From a virus (lineage: Duplodnaviria; Caudoviricetes): a DNA stretch of 59,808 nucleotides. Location of the stretch: positions 1 to 59,808 of IMG/VR virus record IMGVR_UViG_3300020045_013036; one strand, written 5' to 3'. This document shows, piece by piece, positions 44,966 to 55,283 of this stretch. The position numbers were made by a program, and so were the translations under genes. Position 1 is the stretch's first letter. Each line of letters begins with the position of its first letter. Below the pieces are notes generated by a model, which was not told the DNA's origin, ran no database searches, and saw only the letters and a list, made by a program, of their open reading frames with translations.

Positions 44966-46066
44966 ATGGCAACCCAAACAATGAGTACGCAAGCCGCGCG
45001 AATCGGCAAATGGAAAGGCGAGATTCTTGCTCGCGCTATCCCTTCCGAAGTCCTCCAGCTTGCCGGCTCCCAGAAGCAAATGCCCAAGAACGTGTCCGAT
45101 ACCGTTGTGTATCGCCGTTGGGTTCCCTACGATGCAGCTGCTGCAAATCCGAACCGTCTGTTGCAAGATGTCTCGCCGGCCAACGCGGTTGAAACCGAAG
45201 CATCCAACCGCGTTGATACGCATGTAACTGCCAACTTGCTGGCTGAAGGCACTACGCCGACCCCTGACAGCATTGTTGCTCAGGACATCACCGCGGTCCT
45301 CAAGCAGTACGGTTGCCTCTACAGCTTCACCGACAAGGTTGCTGACCTGTACGAAGATGACATCTCCGACGCACTGAAGACGCAAGTCGCTGAGCGTATG
45401 GCCCTGATCCGCGAACTGGAGCTTTACTCCAAGGTTCGTGCCAGTACCAACCGTTTCTACGGTGGCGCCGGTACCACGATCGCCACGGTTGATGGCAAGC
45501 TGACCGCGAAGATTCTTCGCAAGATCGCCCGCTCACTGGCTGGCAATCACACGAAGAAGATCACCTCGATCCTCGCACCGTCGCCAAACATTGGCACCAA
45601 GCCGATCGAAGCTGCGTACCTCGTCTTCTGCTCACCGGACATCGAAGCTGACCTGCGTGACACCACGGCATTCCCGAGCTATACCCCGGTTGCTGCCTAC
45701 GGTTCCCGCAAGCCGATGCACGAAAACGAGTTGGGCTCCTTCGAGCAGTTCCGCTTCATTTCCTCGCCGGAATTGATCCCGTTCCAGAACGGTGGCGCTG
45801 CGGTTGGTGTTACTGCCTGCCTCTCCACCGGTGGTGCGAATATCGACGTGTATCCGCTGATCGTCGTCGGTCAGGAATCCTACGGTACCGTCGCACTGCG
45901 CGGCTCCAAGTCCTTTGACCTGTCGGTTATTCCGGTTGGCAACAAGGACTCTGCTGACCCGCTCGGCCAGCGTGGCTACATCGGCGCCAAGTTCTATGCC
46001 GTGTCGGTCTTGCTGAACCAGCAGTGGATGGCAACGGCCCTTGTTGGTGCGGGCAACCTCGTCTAA
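44966..46066 (+). CDS. Major capsid protein, N4-gp56 family
   Basis: MPKN, LAEGTTP, LKQYG, ENELGS, DPLGQRGYIGAKFY..LLN..WM. Confidence 0.9.
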   Translation: MATQTMSTQAARIGKWKGEILARAIPSEVLQLAGSQKQMPKNVSDTVVYRRWVPYDAAAANPNRLLQDVSPANAVETEASNRVDTHVTANLLAEGTTPTPDSIVAQDITAVLKQYGCLYSFTDKVADLYEDDISDALKTQVAERMALIRELELYSKVRASTNRFYGGAGTTIATVDGKLTAKILRKIARSLAGNHTKKITSILAPSPNIGTKPIEAAYLVFCSPDIEADLRDTTAFPSYTPVAAYGSRKPMHENELGSFEQFRFISSPELIPFQNGGAAVGVTACLSTGGANIDVYPLIVVGQESYGTVALRGSKSFDLSVIPVGNKDSADPLGQRGYIGAKFYAVSVLLNQQWMATALVGAGNLV

Positions 46067-46077
46067 GCTGCTCGATG

Positions 46078-46102
46078 AAACCCTCGCTTCGGCGGGGGTT
46101 TT
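46078..46102 (+). terminator. Rho-independent terminator after the MCP
   Basis: AAACCCTCGC-TTCG-GCGGGGGTTTT. Confidence 0.8.
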
Positions 46103-46117
46103 AAATGAGCAACAGAT

Positions 46118-46146
46118 TTGACAGAAAACTCCCGCACCCCTAAACT
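46118..46146 (+). promoter_or_regulatory. sigma70-like promoter
   Basis: TTGACA-17-TAAACT. Confidence 0.6.
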
Positions 46147-46176
46147 GCACGCTTGATTTCAAACAGGAGCACCATC

Positions 46177-46668
46177 ATGGCAAAAGGCCAACTAGATTCA
46201 CCAGAATTTGAAGCACCGAACCTTCCCGATATCTCGGGTGAAGCCGGTGCAATTTATGTGCCGCCAACCCCGGAAATTGAGGTTGTCTCGGGCACCACCA
46301 AGGGCGTCAAGGGTAAGGGTGGTCTAAGCCAACAAGCCCAAGACCTGATCTTCAACGAAGAGTTTGTCGAAGTCATGCTTCACGAATCCACCGATGACAA
46401 TGCTGAGAACCCAGTCTTCACCGCCTGCAACGGTGTCACCCAGTATTTCTATCGCGGTGTGCCTCAGGTTGTGCGCCGCAAATTCGTTGCCATTTTGGCC
46501 TCGGTCAAAGAGCACAACGTCACCACCCCGGAATATGCGGGTCGCGATGGTGGCCGGGCAATCGGCATTCGTCGCACCTCTTCCTTGAAGTACCCGTTCT
46601 CGGTCATCAGCGACAAGAACCCGCGCGGCCCAGCTTGGCTTCGTGGCTTGCTTCAATCCCAAACGTAA
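46177..46668 (+). CDS. Conserved post-capsid hypothetical protein
   Basis: CNGVTQYFYRGVPQVV...YPFSV; AGGAG SD. Confidence 0.7.
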   Translation: MAKGQLDSPEFEAPNLPDISGEAGAIYVPPTPEIEVVSGTTKGVKGKGGLSQQAQDLIFNEEFVEVMLHESTDDNAENPVFTACNGVTQYFYRGVPQVVRRKFVAILASVKEHNVTTPEYAGRDGGRAIGIRRTSSLKYPFSVISDKNPRGPAWLRGLLQSQT

Positions 46669-46751
46669 TGAAGCCCTAAGTTCCTCTCCTGTTGCTAAGG
46701 CTTCCCCGGCGCCCTTGTGGTGCCGGTTTTCTTTTACGGTATAATAGATTT

Positions 46752-47429
46752 ATGAACTATCAAAAACACTACGATAGATTGATTGCTAGAGCTGTCGGAA
46801 GAACCTTGGTTGGATATTTTGAGAAGCACCATATTATTCCAAAATGTATGGGTGGCTCAGATTCACCCGATAACATCGTGGCACTTACGGCTAGGGAACA
46901 TTTTGTTGCCCATCAGCTTTTGGTTAAAATAAACCCACAAATATCCGACTTGGTTTTTGCTTTTAGAATGCTCAGCACAGCTAATCATGGTCGGGTTTCA
47001 AGTCGGGTTCAGGGTTGGCTGCGGGCCAAGATGGCGCAGACCGCCTGTGAGAATATGAGGGCTAGACATGCGGCCCATCCTGAAATATTGGAAAGAGCCG
47101 CTATAGCCGGATCAACCCCTGAAGCTGTGGCCAAAAGGCTCGCTAGTTTTGCCAACACAATGAGCGACCCAGCGGTGCGTGAAAAGTGGTCAAATGCGGC
47201 AAAGGCTCGTTGGGATAAACGAGATAAAGCGGCCCACGCTAAGTCATTCTCTGAAAGGATGATGGGGTGTGAAAACGGAAGAAGCAAACCTGTCGTTCAG
47301 CTTTTACCAAACGGATTCATAGTGAATGAGTTTCCAAACATGAAAGCCGCGGCCGTTGCAAATGGTCACGATAAGCATACAATATACGATAGAGTTAAGC
47401 GCGGGCACCCACTTTGGATTGGATTGTAA
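46752..47429 (+). CDS. HNH homing endonuclease with C-terminal NUMOD-like domain
   Basis: NYQKHY, EKHHIIPKCMGGSD...NIVALTAREHFVAHQLL; low GC. Confidence 0.88.
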   Translation: MNYQKHYDRLIARAVGRTLVGYFEKHHIIPKCMGGSDSPDNIVALTAREHFVAHQLLVKINPQISDLVFAFRMLSTANHGRVSSRVQGWLRAKMAQTACENMRARHAAHPEILERAAIAGSTPEAVAKRLASFANTMSDPAVREKWSNAAKARWDKRDKAAHAKSFSERMMGCENGRSKPVVQLLPNGFIVNEFPNMKAAAVANGHDKHTIYDRVKRGHPLWIGL

Positions 47430-48113
47430 ATGGCAAATCAAACTTTTTTGCAATTAGCACAAGCGGTTTATCGCGAAGGCGGCATCTCGGGGCAAATCAC
47501 CTCAACGCTGAACCAGAACGGTGAAGCTCTTCGAGTGGTTGGTTGGGTGCGCAACGCCTACAAGGAAATCCTGAATGATCAAGGTATGGTGTGGAAGTTT
47601 CTGCGCAAAACGGCGGCCGTCCAACTCACACCCGGTATCGGGGATTACAGCTTTGACGATTTGAACCTCGCTGGCGCTGTCCAGTGGGACACTCGCTCCA
47701 TGCGGGTGGCGGTGAATGCCAACCTGTCCGACGAGACCTTTCTCAATCACATGAGCTTCAACGCTTTCCGTGATTACTGGTTATTCTCTAGCCGGCGCAC
47801 CACTCAATCCCGCCCCCTCAATGTGGCGGTTGATAACGACACCCATCTTCGCATTGCCCCGCTGCCCGAACAGGCTTACTGGCTGAGCCTTCAGTATCAG
47901 GTCATGCCTGACACCTTGGCCGATCCAACTGACGTGTCGATCCTGCCCGAGCGCTTTGATGACGCAATTGTGTGGCGGGCACTTCGCCATTACGGCATGT
48001 TTGAGGCTGCCCCTGAAGTTGTGAGCCGGGCTGAACTCGCTTACAAGGAAGTAATGCAGCACATGGAGTTTGATCAGGCACCTGAAGTGTGCATTGGTGG
48101 TCCGATATGCTAA
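47430..48113 (+). CDS. Head-tail adaptor (tail tubular A-like)
   Basis: TFLQLAQAV...W.FL...RP...P.P...LPERF pattern and position. Confidence 0.65.
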   Translation: MANQTFLQLAQAVYREGGISGQITSTLNQNGEALRVVGWVRNAYKEILNDQGMVWKFLRKTAAVQLTPGIGDYSFDDLNLAGAVQWDTRSMRVAVNANLSDETFLNHMSFNAFRDYWLFSSRRTTQSRPLNVAVDNDTHLRIAPLPEQAYWLSLQYQVMPDTLADPTDVSILPERFDDAIVWRALRHYGMFEAAPEVVSRAELAYKEVMQHMEFDQAPEVCIGGPIC

Positions 48114-50167
48114 ACCTCCCCCAAATGGAGCCGACGCAATACGATGTGGTTTCGCTTAATGGTGGGTTTGATCAAGTCACCTCGGCTTATCAGTTGGCGC
48201 CGGGCGCGCTGCGCGACTGCATCAACTTTGCCTGCCGATCCACGGGTGGCTATTACCGCATCCCCGGGTATGAGCGTTATGACGGGCACCCGCAACCCCA
48301 CAAAGCCCAGTTCATTACGCTGGATGTAACCATGCTACCGGGCGGGGGCTTGGCGATTGGTGACGTTGGGGTCTTCGGCAACATCAACGGCACGGTTTGC
48401 TTTGTCGATCCGTTCGGGGTATATGTCACACTGACCAAGACATCCGGGGCTCTGCCAAGCGCATTTGTGGCGGGTGATATTGTCATCTCTGCAATTGTTG
48501 TTGGGCAAGCCACGGCATATCACACCCAACTCACGCTGAAGGAACTGGCCCAGAACAAAGCGGCAGCCGCCAACATCTATCGTGCGGATATTGGTGCTGT
48601 ACCCGGCGCCGGCCCGATTCGCGGTTGCATCCTGTTCAACGATGTTGCCTACGCATGGCGCAACAATGTGGGCGAAACAGCCTGCAATATCTACAAGAGT
48701 TCGGCCGCCGGCTGGGTGTTGGTTCCGCTGGGCCACACGGTGCCCTTCACCGGGATGACGGACGTTCCGAGTGGTGAGGGTGTCACCTTGACCAAGGGTG
48801 GAGTCACAGCAACAATCAATCGGTGGGTGATCACCTCGGGCGATGTTACCAGCGACACGGCCGCCGGTTATTTTGTGATCAGTGGTGTTAGTGGTGGCAG
48901 TTTCAGCGCTGGCGCCGCAACCTTCCCGGGCGGCACGGCCACGCTGGGTGGGGTGCAGCAGGCAATTACTCTGACCCCCGGTGGGATGTACAACTTCACT
49001 ATCGGAAACTTCACAGCCAGCACAGCTACACGCCGAATTTATGGCGCCGATGGTGTGAATGATGCTTTCGAATTTGATGGTTCGGTTTATGTTCCGCTTA
49101 CCGTTGCGGGCGCGACATCCAAACCCTCCATTGCACAGGTCCATGCGAATCACCTGATGCTGGTGTTCGGCAGTTCCATCATTCACTCGGCACTGGGTAA
49201 CCCCTACAACTTCGAGGTGATCAACGGGGCTGGTGAAATTGGGACAGGTGGGGCCATTACCGGGCTATTAATCCAGCCGGGCAATCAAGGCACACAAGCC
49301 CTTATGGTGTTCGCCCGCAACTCAACGTGGGTGCTTTACGGCACCTCGTCTTCCGATTGGAACTTCGTCAATTTCAATGTCGGCATCGGTGCTTGGGAGG
49401 GTACAACCCAAAACCTCTTTGATGCTTTCGGCTTGGACGATCGCGGCGTCACGATGATGTCGCAAACCCTGAAGTACGGTAACTTTGAGGCTGCCACCCT
49501 CACCTACAATATTCGCCCCTTCATCATCAGTCAGCGGGGTCTTGCGGTGTGTTCCGGTTTGAGTCGGGAGAACGGCCAATACCGGGTCTATTTTTCAACA
49601 GGCTACGGTCTCTATGTGACCGTTAGCCCTGAAGGTGTGATGGGTCACGGTGTTGTGCTTTACCCCGACATCCCGACAACCTATAGCGATGCTGAGTTCT
49701 CAACCGGTGAGACTTGCGCCCTGTTCGGAACAGATGATGGTTATGTGATGCGAAACGACGTGGGTACCAGCTTCGACGGCGCCCCGATCAATGCCTACAT
49801 GAACACCAACATCAACTCGTCCAAGAGCCCCCGCATGCGCAAGCGCTATCGCCGCTGCGTGCTTGAGCTTCAGGGTAGCAGCTACGTTGAGTTGCAGGTT
49901 GGCTACTCGTTCGAATGGGCCAGTGAGCGAATCCTGCCCCACAGCTTCGAGGGGGGTTCCATTCAGTTTGCCAGCCTCGCCTTCTGGGATGAGTTCATCT
50001 GGGACACCTTCTTCTGGGATGGTCGATCCAATGATACGGTGTCGGTCGAACTGTCCGGGACCGGGGAAAACATGCAGATGATGGTCGTTCTTGATTCCGA
50101 TTATGTCTCTGAATTCACAATCCCCAGTGCCATTTTTCACTACACACCACGTCGCGGCAATCGGTGA
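48107..50167 (+). CDS. Tail nozzle / DNA-stabilisation protein (P22 gp10 / T7 gp12-like)
   Basis: Beta-rich, ~690 aa; RKRYRR, WDEFIWD; position. Confidence 0.65.
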   Translation: MLNLPQMEPTQYDVVSLNGGFDQVTSAYQLAPGALRDCINFACRSTGGYYRIPGYERYDGHPQPHKAQFITLDVTMLPGGGLAIGDVGVFGNINGTVCFVDPFGVYVTLTKTSGALPSAFVAGDIVISAIVVGQATAYHTQLTLKELAQNKAAAANIYRADIGAVPGAGPIRGCILFNDVAYAWRNNVGETACNIYKSSAAGWVLVPLGHTVPFTGMTDVPSGEGVTLTKGGVTATINRWVITSGDVTSDTAAGYFVISGVSGGSFSAGAATFPGGTATLGGVQQAITLTPGGMYNFTIGNFTASTATRRIYGADGVNDAFEFDGSVYVPLTVAGATSKPSIAQVHANHLMLVFGSSIIHSALGNPYNFEVINGAGEIGTGGAITGLLIQPGNQGTQALMVFARNSTWVLYGTSSSDWNFVNFNVGIGAWEGTTQNLFDAFGLDDRGVTMMSQTLKYGNFEAATLTYNIRPFIISQRGLAVCSGLSRENGQYRVYFSTGYGLYVTVSPEGVMGHGVVLYPDIPTTYSDAEFSTGETCALFGTDDGYVMRNDVGTSFDGAPINAYMNTNINSSKSPRMRKRYRRCVLELQGSSYVELQVGYSFEWASERILPHSFEGGSIQFASLAFWDEFIWDTFFWDGRSNDTVSVELSGTGENMQMMVVLDSDYVSEFTIPSAIFHYTPRRGNR

Positions 50168-50199
50168 TACACTTCCGCAAATTCTGAGCGAGAAAACTA

Positions 50200-52548
50200 A
50201 TGTCAAACGAATATTTCCAACCCGGCTCCGTACCTGCACCGAACGCCCCCGGTTCTTCGGCGGTGATTCGTAGTGAATTCACCAGCGTGGGGGCTGCCTT
50301 TGACAAACTTCCCGTCATGGCCGGTCACGCCAATGAAATCGTTGCCATTAACGGCACCGGCACCGGGCTGGTAAATTCGGGCATTATACTTGCTGACTTC
50401 GTAACGCTCGCAGGTGCGCAGACCATCACCAACAAAACGATCGCTTGGGCTAGTAACACCTTCCCGGGGTTTGGCACTGGCGCCACGAAGAACGCTGGCA
50501 CCGGTGCTGGTGAAGTTCTCCTTCTGGACACCAACAACCAGTTGCCGGCGCTCGACGGCTCACTGCTTACCGGCATAACCACCAGCATCATCACGGGTGT
50601 AGTTGATATTGCTCACGGGGGTACGGGTGCAAGTGATCTGGGTAGCGCCCAGACAGCGCTTGGAATTGACCTCAAAGCCGATGCCAATAATGCGGTACTT
50701 ACCGGCGCCCCTACAGCGCCAACCCCGGCAACGGGTGACAACTCGGCACGGATTGCCACCACGTATTTCGTCACGGAAACGGTAGCGGCCATTGGTGCCT
50801 TCGCTCCGTCGAACGCAAACCCCCTGATGAACGGTGTTGCGACCCCCGGTGTTGGTGCGTTGGGCTCACGCGATGACCACGTTCATCCGACCGACACCAC
50901 CCGCGCACCGCTCGCCTCCCCGGTATTCACCGGCAACCCGACCGCCCCAACCCCAAGCCCGGGTGATAATGATTTGTCCATCGCCACCACGGCCTTCGTG
51001 AATGCTGAGATCGCGGCCGATCGCCCATACTCCGACACCAACCCCCTGATTAACGGTGTGGCTGCACAGGGGGTCTCCGCGCGCGTGTCTCGCCAAGACC
51101 ACGTTCATCCGAGTGACACGACCCGCGCGCCGCTTGCATCCCCCACCTTCACCGGTGACCCCAAAGCTCCGACACCGCTAACCACCGACAACGACACCTC
51201 TATCGCCACCACGGCTTTCGTGCAGAGCTTGGTGGCCCAGCAACCGTTCGGCATGTTGCCGTCGAACAGTGTGCCGATGATGAACGGCGTGGCCGCGGCA
51301 GGGCTTGGGGTGACGGGCTCACGCGATGACCACGTTCATCCGACTGACACAAGCCGCGCGCCGCTCGCCTCCCCAGCATTCACCGGCAACCCGACGGCCC
51401 CAACACCAACCCCGGGTGACAACGACACATCTATCGCCACCACAGCATTTGTCAATGCTGAGATCGCGGCCGATCGCCCGTACTCCGACACCAACCCACT
51501 GATCAACGGTGTGGCTGCACAGGGGGTCTCCGCGCGCGTGTCTCGTCAAGACCACGTTCATCCGACCGACACCACCCGTTTACCCGTGACGGGTGGGTCC
51601 ATTACCGCTAATAGCGCCAGTGCTGCACTTACAGTTACACAGACGGGTGCTGGTAATGCTTTTGTTGTTGAGGATGTAGCTAGTGACACTACTCCTTTCA
51701 TAATTGATGCAAACGGTAAAGTAGTGATAGGGGCAGCCGCAGCTACCTCCTATCCCATATCCAGCACCACCCTAGGCAGCGCCCACAAACTAGAGATACA
51801 AGGATCAGGGGCAGAGGCTAGTCTCCCTATAGCTAGCTTTAATAGCCCTACCAGTACAGTAGGCCCTACAGTCACACTTGCTAGGTCACGAGGAGCAGTA
51901 GGTGCTCAGGCCATTGTTATGGACGACGATATATTAGGTAGAATCAATTTCCTAGGCTCAGATGGGCAGACTGTAGCAGTTGGGACTGGGTGGATTAGGG
52001 CAGCCTGTATTGAGGCTAAAGTAGATGGTACTCCAAGCGCAGGCTCAGTGCCTGCCCGACTTAGCTTCTCTACTACGTCCAGCGGCTCTAATGTGCCTGC
52101 TGAGAGAATGCAGATTGATAGCGCTGGGCTAGTTACCATTAATAATGGCTTGGCTATCTCAAAAACCGCAGTCACATCCCCGGTAGCTTCTGATGGCAAT
52201 GTCTTCTCTGGGACTTACACGCCGACGCTGACTAACACGACTAACGTGGCACTCAGTACAGCGCAAGTATCTCAATATATGTGCGTTGGTAATGTGGTAA
52301 CTGTCAGTGGCTTTTTGTTGATTGACCCAACCGCAGCGGGTGATACTATCTTAGGTATGTCACTGCCCATTGCGTCTAATTTTGCAACACAGGTTGAGGC
52401 TGGTGGCACCTTCTATTGTCAGTCTGGCGTTAGCGAGGGCGGCGGTATTCTTGCAGATGCAACCAACAACAGGGTGACACTTAATTTTATGGCAACCAGT
52501 CTTATACCTAACACGTATTCCTACTCCTTTACATATTTGGTGATCTAA
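50200..52548 (+). CDS. Tail fibre protein with internal repeats
   Basis: APLASP.FTG.P.APTP..GDN..SIATTAFV and SR.DHVHP repeats. Confidence 0.85.
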   Translation: MSNEYFQPGSVPAPNAPGSSAVIRSEFTSVGAAFDKLPVMAGHANEIVAINGTGTGLVNSGIILADFVTLAGAQTITNKTIAWASNTFPGFGTGATKNAGTGAGEVLLLDTNNQLPALDGSLLTGITTSIITGVVDIAHGGTGASDLGSAQTALGIDLKADANNAVLTGAPTAPTPATGDNSARIATTYFVTETVAAIGAFAPSNANPLMNGVATPGVGALGSRDDHVHPTDTTRAPLASPVFTGNPTAPTPSPGDNDLSIATTAFVNAEIAADRPYSDTNPLINGVAAQGVSARVSRQDHVHPSDTTRAPLASPTFTGDPKAPTPLTTDNDTSIATTAFVQSLVAQQPFGMLPSNSVPMMNGVAAAGLGVTGSRDDHVHPTDTSRAPLASPAFTGNPTAPTPTPGDNDTSIATTAFVNAEIAADRPYSDTNPLINGVAAQGVSARVSRQDHVHPTDTTRLPVTGGSITANSASAALTVTQTGAGNAFVVEDVASDTTPFIIDANGKVVIGAAAATSYPISSTTLGSAHKLEIQGSGAEASLPIASFNSPTSTVGPTVTLARSRGAVGAQAIVMDDDILGRINFLGSDGQTVAVGTGWIRAACIEAKVDGTPSAGSVPARLSFSTTSSGSNVPAERMQIDSAGLVTINNGLAISKTAVTSPVASDGNVFSGTYTPTLTNTTNVALSTAQVSQYMCVGNVVTVSGFLLIDPTAAGDTILGMSLPIASNFATQVEAGGTFYCQSGVSEGGGILADATNNRVTLNFMATSLIPNTYSYSFTYLVI

Positions 52549-52938
52549 ATGTCAGTTACCTTCAACACCCGTGAAAAGAAGATCACAGTAGCCTCAGAAT
52601 CTGGTTTTGCCCAAGACTACTTCGACAGTGAATCCTACCTCACTGACTTCCCGGATCGTGAAGCTGATTGTTATGTCTTCACACATGTTCCGCCAATCAC
52701 TGCAACCATAGTCCCTCAAGTCATTACTATGCGCCAAGCCAAGCTGGTACTCCTAGCTGCAGGATTGCTGGATACGGTAAATGCTGTGGTGGCTAGTGCC
52801 GATCAAGTTACACAGATCGAATGGGAATATGCGGCAGAAGTGAATCGTAGCTGGCCTACATTGGTTGCCCTACAAGGTGCATTGGGGCTATCTGATACAG
52901 CACTGGATAATCTCTTCATTGCCGGGGCCGCACTGTGA
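52549..52938 (+). CDS. Tail fibre-associated/chaperone protein
   Basis: VPQVITMRQAKL.L...IEWEYA...LDNLF..A. Confidence 0.7.
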   Translation: MSVTFNTREKKITVASESGFAQDYFDSESYLTDFPDREADCYVFTHVPPITATIVPQVITMRQAKLVLLAAGLLDTVNAVVASADQVTQIEWEYAAEVNRSWPTLVALQGALGLSDTALDNLFIAGAAL

Positions 52939-53243
52939 ATCTGACCCCACTGGAACATGCCGCAGAGGCGCTGGGTATTCTGGTGATCATTTACATTGTG
53001 ACCACCCTCATGGGTAACCCAAACCCGCTGGCCGGTGCGCTGGCTGGTGCATTCTTCTTCATTGGCAGGGAACACACCCAAGCCGAGTATCGGTGGATTG
53101 ATTTGTTTGGGCGCGGCAAGCGTATCAACCTACCATGGTGGGGTGGCTTTGACCCGAAGGTATGGACTAAATTAGATAGTTGGCTTGATTGGGTTGTACC
53201 AACCCTAGTCTGTTTGGGCGCGGCATGGTTCGCCGGGTGGTGA
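52935..53243 (+). CDS. Membrane hypothetical protein
   Basis: Hydrophobic; REHTQAEYRWI...PWWGG. Confidence 0.65.
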   Translation: MNLTPLEHAAEALGILVIIYIVTTLMGNPNPLAGALAGAFFFIGREHTQAEYRWIDLFGRGKRINLPWWGGFDPKVWTKLDSWLDWVVPTLVCLGAAWFAGW

Positions 53244-53301
53244 TGGGTTGCGCTCGGTGAGTGCCGGGGCGTACAATCGCAACAATATCAAGGAGTAGTA
53301 A

Positions 53302-54834
53302 ATGGCTATCACCACACCAGTTATGAACACAGCGGCAACGCTTAACATGACGCCGGCTCAAATTGCAGCTGCGAAAACTGCCTCCGCCGCCGCATCCACA
53401 GGGGTGGCGGCCACCAACATTGCTGATGCAAAAGCCGCATCCATGGGTACCGGTGCTCTAGCCAATGCTGCTAATGCCACCAATGTGGCCGATGCAACTG
53501 GCGCGGGCATGGGTGCCGGTGCTAAATCAACCACGGCCACCGCAGCCAATGTCGCCGATGCAACTGCCGCGGGCATGGGTACAGGTGCGCAATCGAGTGC
53601 CGCCAATGCGGGAATAGCCTCACAGTGGGGTGCCACCAACATTGACCTCGCCGCGCTTGAGCGGGGGCAGACAACCACATCAGCCCAGCAATTATCCGGG
53701 ATTCTGAACAAGGGTGGGGCGCTGATGCAGCAATCCGCCACGACCGGTAATCAACAAGCCGCTTCGCGCGGGTTACTCAATTCAAGTATGGGCATTCAGG
53801 CCGCGCAAAATGCCATGATTGCCAACGCATCCCCGTTGGCGCAGGCCGATGCGAACAGCCTGAACAACATGTCACAGTTCAACGCCACCACCCGCAACCA
53901 AGCTATCGGCACCAACGCTGCCGCACAGAACTCCGCCGGTCAGTTCAATGCGGGGGCTAAAAATCAGATGGCACAGTTCAACGCCAGCAACCAGCAGCAG
54001 ACCAACTTGGCCAACCAGAACGCAACGAACCAAGCGTCACAGTTCAACGCCAGCAACCAGCAGCAGACCAACTTGGCCAACATGGCAACCAATGTTGCTG
54101 AGAATCAATTCAATGCGGCCAACACGCAGCAGACCAACTTGGCCAACCAGAACGCAGCGAACCAAGCATCACAATTCAACGCAGGTAACCAGCAGCAAAC
54201 CAGCTTGGCCAACCTCCAAGCCAACATTGCCGAGAACCAGTTCAACGCCAGCAACCAGCAGCAGACGAACTTGGCCAATCAGAGTTCGCTGAATCAGGCC
54301 GCCCAGACAAACGCGGCCAACCAGCAACAAACCACCCTGAGCAACATGCAGGCCAACATCGGTGAGAGCCAGTTCGCCGCGCAGCAGGGGCAGCAAAACC
54401 AGCAGTTTAATGCCAGCAACCAGCAGCAGACGAACTTGGCCAATCAGGCGGCACAGAACCGCGTCAATGAGGTGAATGCCGCCAATAAGCAGCAAGCCGC
54501 CCAGTTGAATCAGCAGCAAGGTAATGCCCAGAACCAGTTCAACGCCAGCCAAAAGAACGAGGGCATGGTGAAGGCGATGGACATTAACAGCCGCGAACAA
54601 CTGGCTAACATTGAGTCCAACTATAAGCAACTCATGCAGGTGAATTCGAGTGCTGGTGGGCTCTATGAACAGACGATGAAGAATATCACCGACGTGCAGA
54701 ATAACAAAGACATTGCCGACAAGCAGGGTGCGATAAACACCCAGTTAGCATGGTTAAAATCAGGGATGACGATGATTCAAAACCTTAACGGCATCACCGG
54801 TCTTGTTGATTTCAGCACCATAACGAAACCATAA
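53302..54834 (+). CDS. Q/N-rich DNA ejection (pilot-like) protein
   Basis: RGLLNSS motif; ~20-aa QFNASNQQQTNLAN repeats. Confidence 0.65.
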   Translation: MAITTPVMNTAATLNMTPAQIAAAKTASAAASTGVAATNIADAKAASMGTGALANAANATNVADATGAGMGAGAKSTTATAANVADATAAGMGTGAQSSAANAGIASQWGATNIDLAALERGQTTTSAQQLSGILNKGGALMQQSATTGNQQAASRGLLNSSMGIQAAQNAMIANASPLAQADANSLNNMSQFNATTRNQAIGTNAAAQNSAGQFNAGAKNQMAQFNASNQQQTNLANQNATNQASQFNASNQQQTNLANMATNVAENQFNAANTQQTNLANQNAANQASQFNAGNQQQTSLANLQANIAENQFNASNQQQTNLANQSSLNQAAQTNAANQQQTTLSNMQANIGESQFAAQQGQQNQQFNASNQQQTNLANQAAQNRVNEVNAANKQQAAQLNQQQGNAQNQFNASQKNEGMVKAMDINSREQLANIESNYKQLMQVNSSAGGLYEQTMKNITDVQNNKDIADKQGAINTQLAWLKSGMTMIQNLNGITGLVDFSTITKP

Positions 54835-55283
54835 TGCGAATCCCAGCTGACGTTCAGAGCTACCAAGCCCGCGCTCCGCGTTATGTGGGGGTGCGTGGCC
54901 CATGGCTTGAGCATTTGGTTGAAGATGAAAACCTCAGCTACGAAGAAGCGATGGCGGCGCTGGTCGATTGGGAGTTGATACCCTACATTGACGAAAAGGA
55001 TGGTCACATGGCCACCCTGCTCAAGCGAAACAAAGAGGTGCATTTTGCCGTGTTTCGCAAGTTCCGCCGCAAAGGCCATGTCACGCTGCGCCGCATTATG
55101 GATTTCCTTCAGCCTATTTTGGACAAGGAGATTTTCCTTGTGACCAAGGTTGGCCGCGGTGAGGACGCGCGCTTTATCGAGCGCTTGGGTTTTCAACCCC
55201 TTGGCGTTACAATCGACAGCGAAATTCACACCTATATTTTAAACGAGATCAAGTATGCGAGGCCCCACCATGCAGAGCACTAA
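54834..55283 (+). CDS. GNAT-fold virion assembly protein
   Basis: EVHFAV..KFRRKG, RFIERLGF; position before the internal proteins. Confidence 0.55.
   Translation: MRIPADVQSYQARAPRYVGVRGPWLEHLVEDENLSYEEAMAALVDWELIPYIDEKDGHMATLLKRNKEVHFAVFRKFRRKGHVTLRRIMDFLQPILDKEIFLVTKVGRGEDARFIERLGFQPLGVTIDSEIHTYILNEIKYARPHHAEH

Noticed and set aside
50200-52548. Diversity-generating retroelement acting on the tail fibre
   Set aside because: No reverse transcriptase, and the repeat differences are not adenine-specific.
54834-55283. GNAT plus HDAC as a writer/eraser pair
   Set aside because: GNAT-fold genes at this position are routine podovirus assembly factors, and the two genes are in different modules with no linking evidence.
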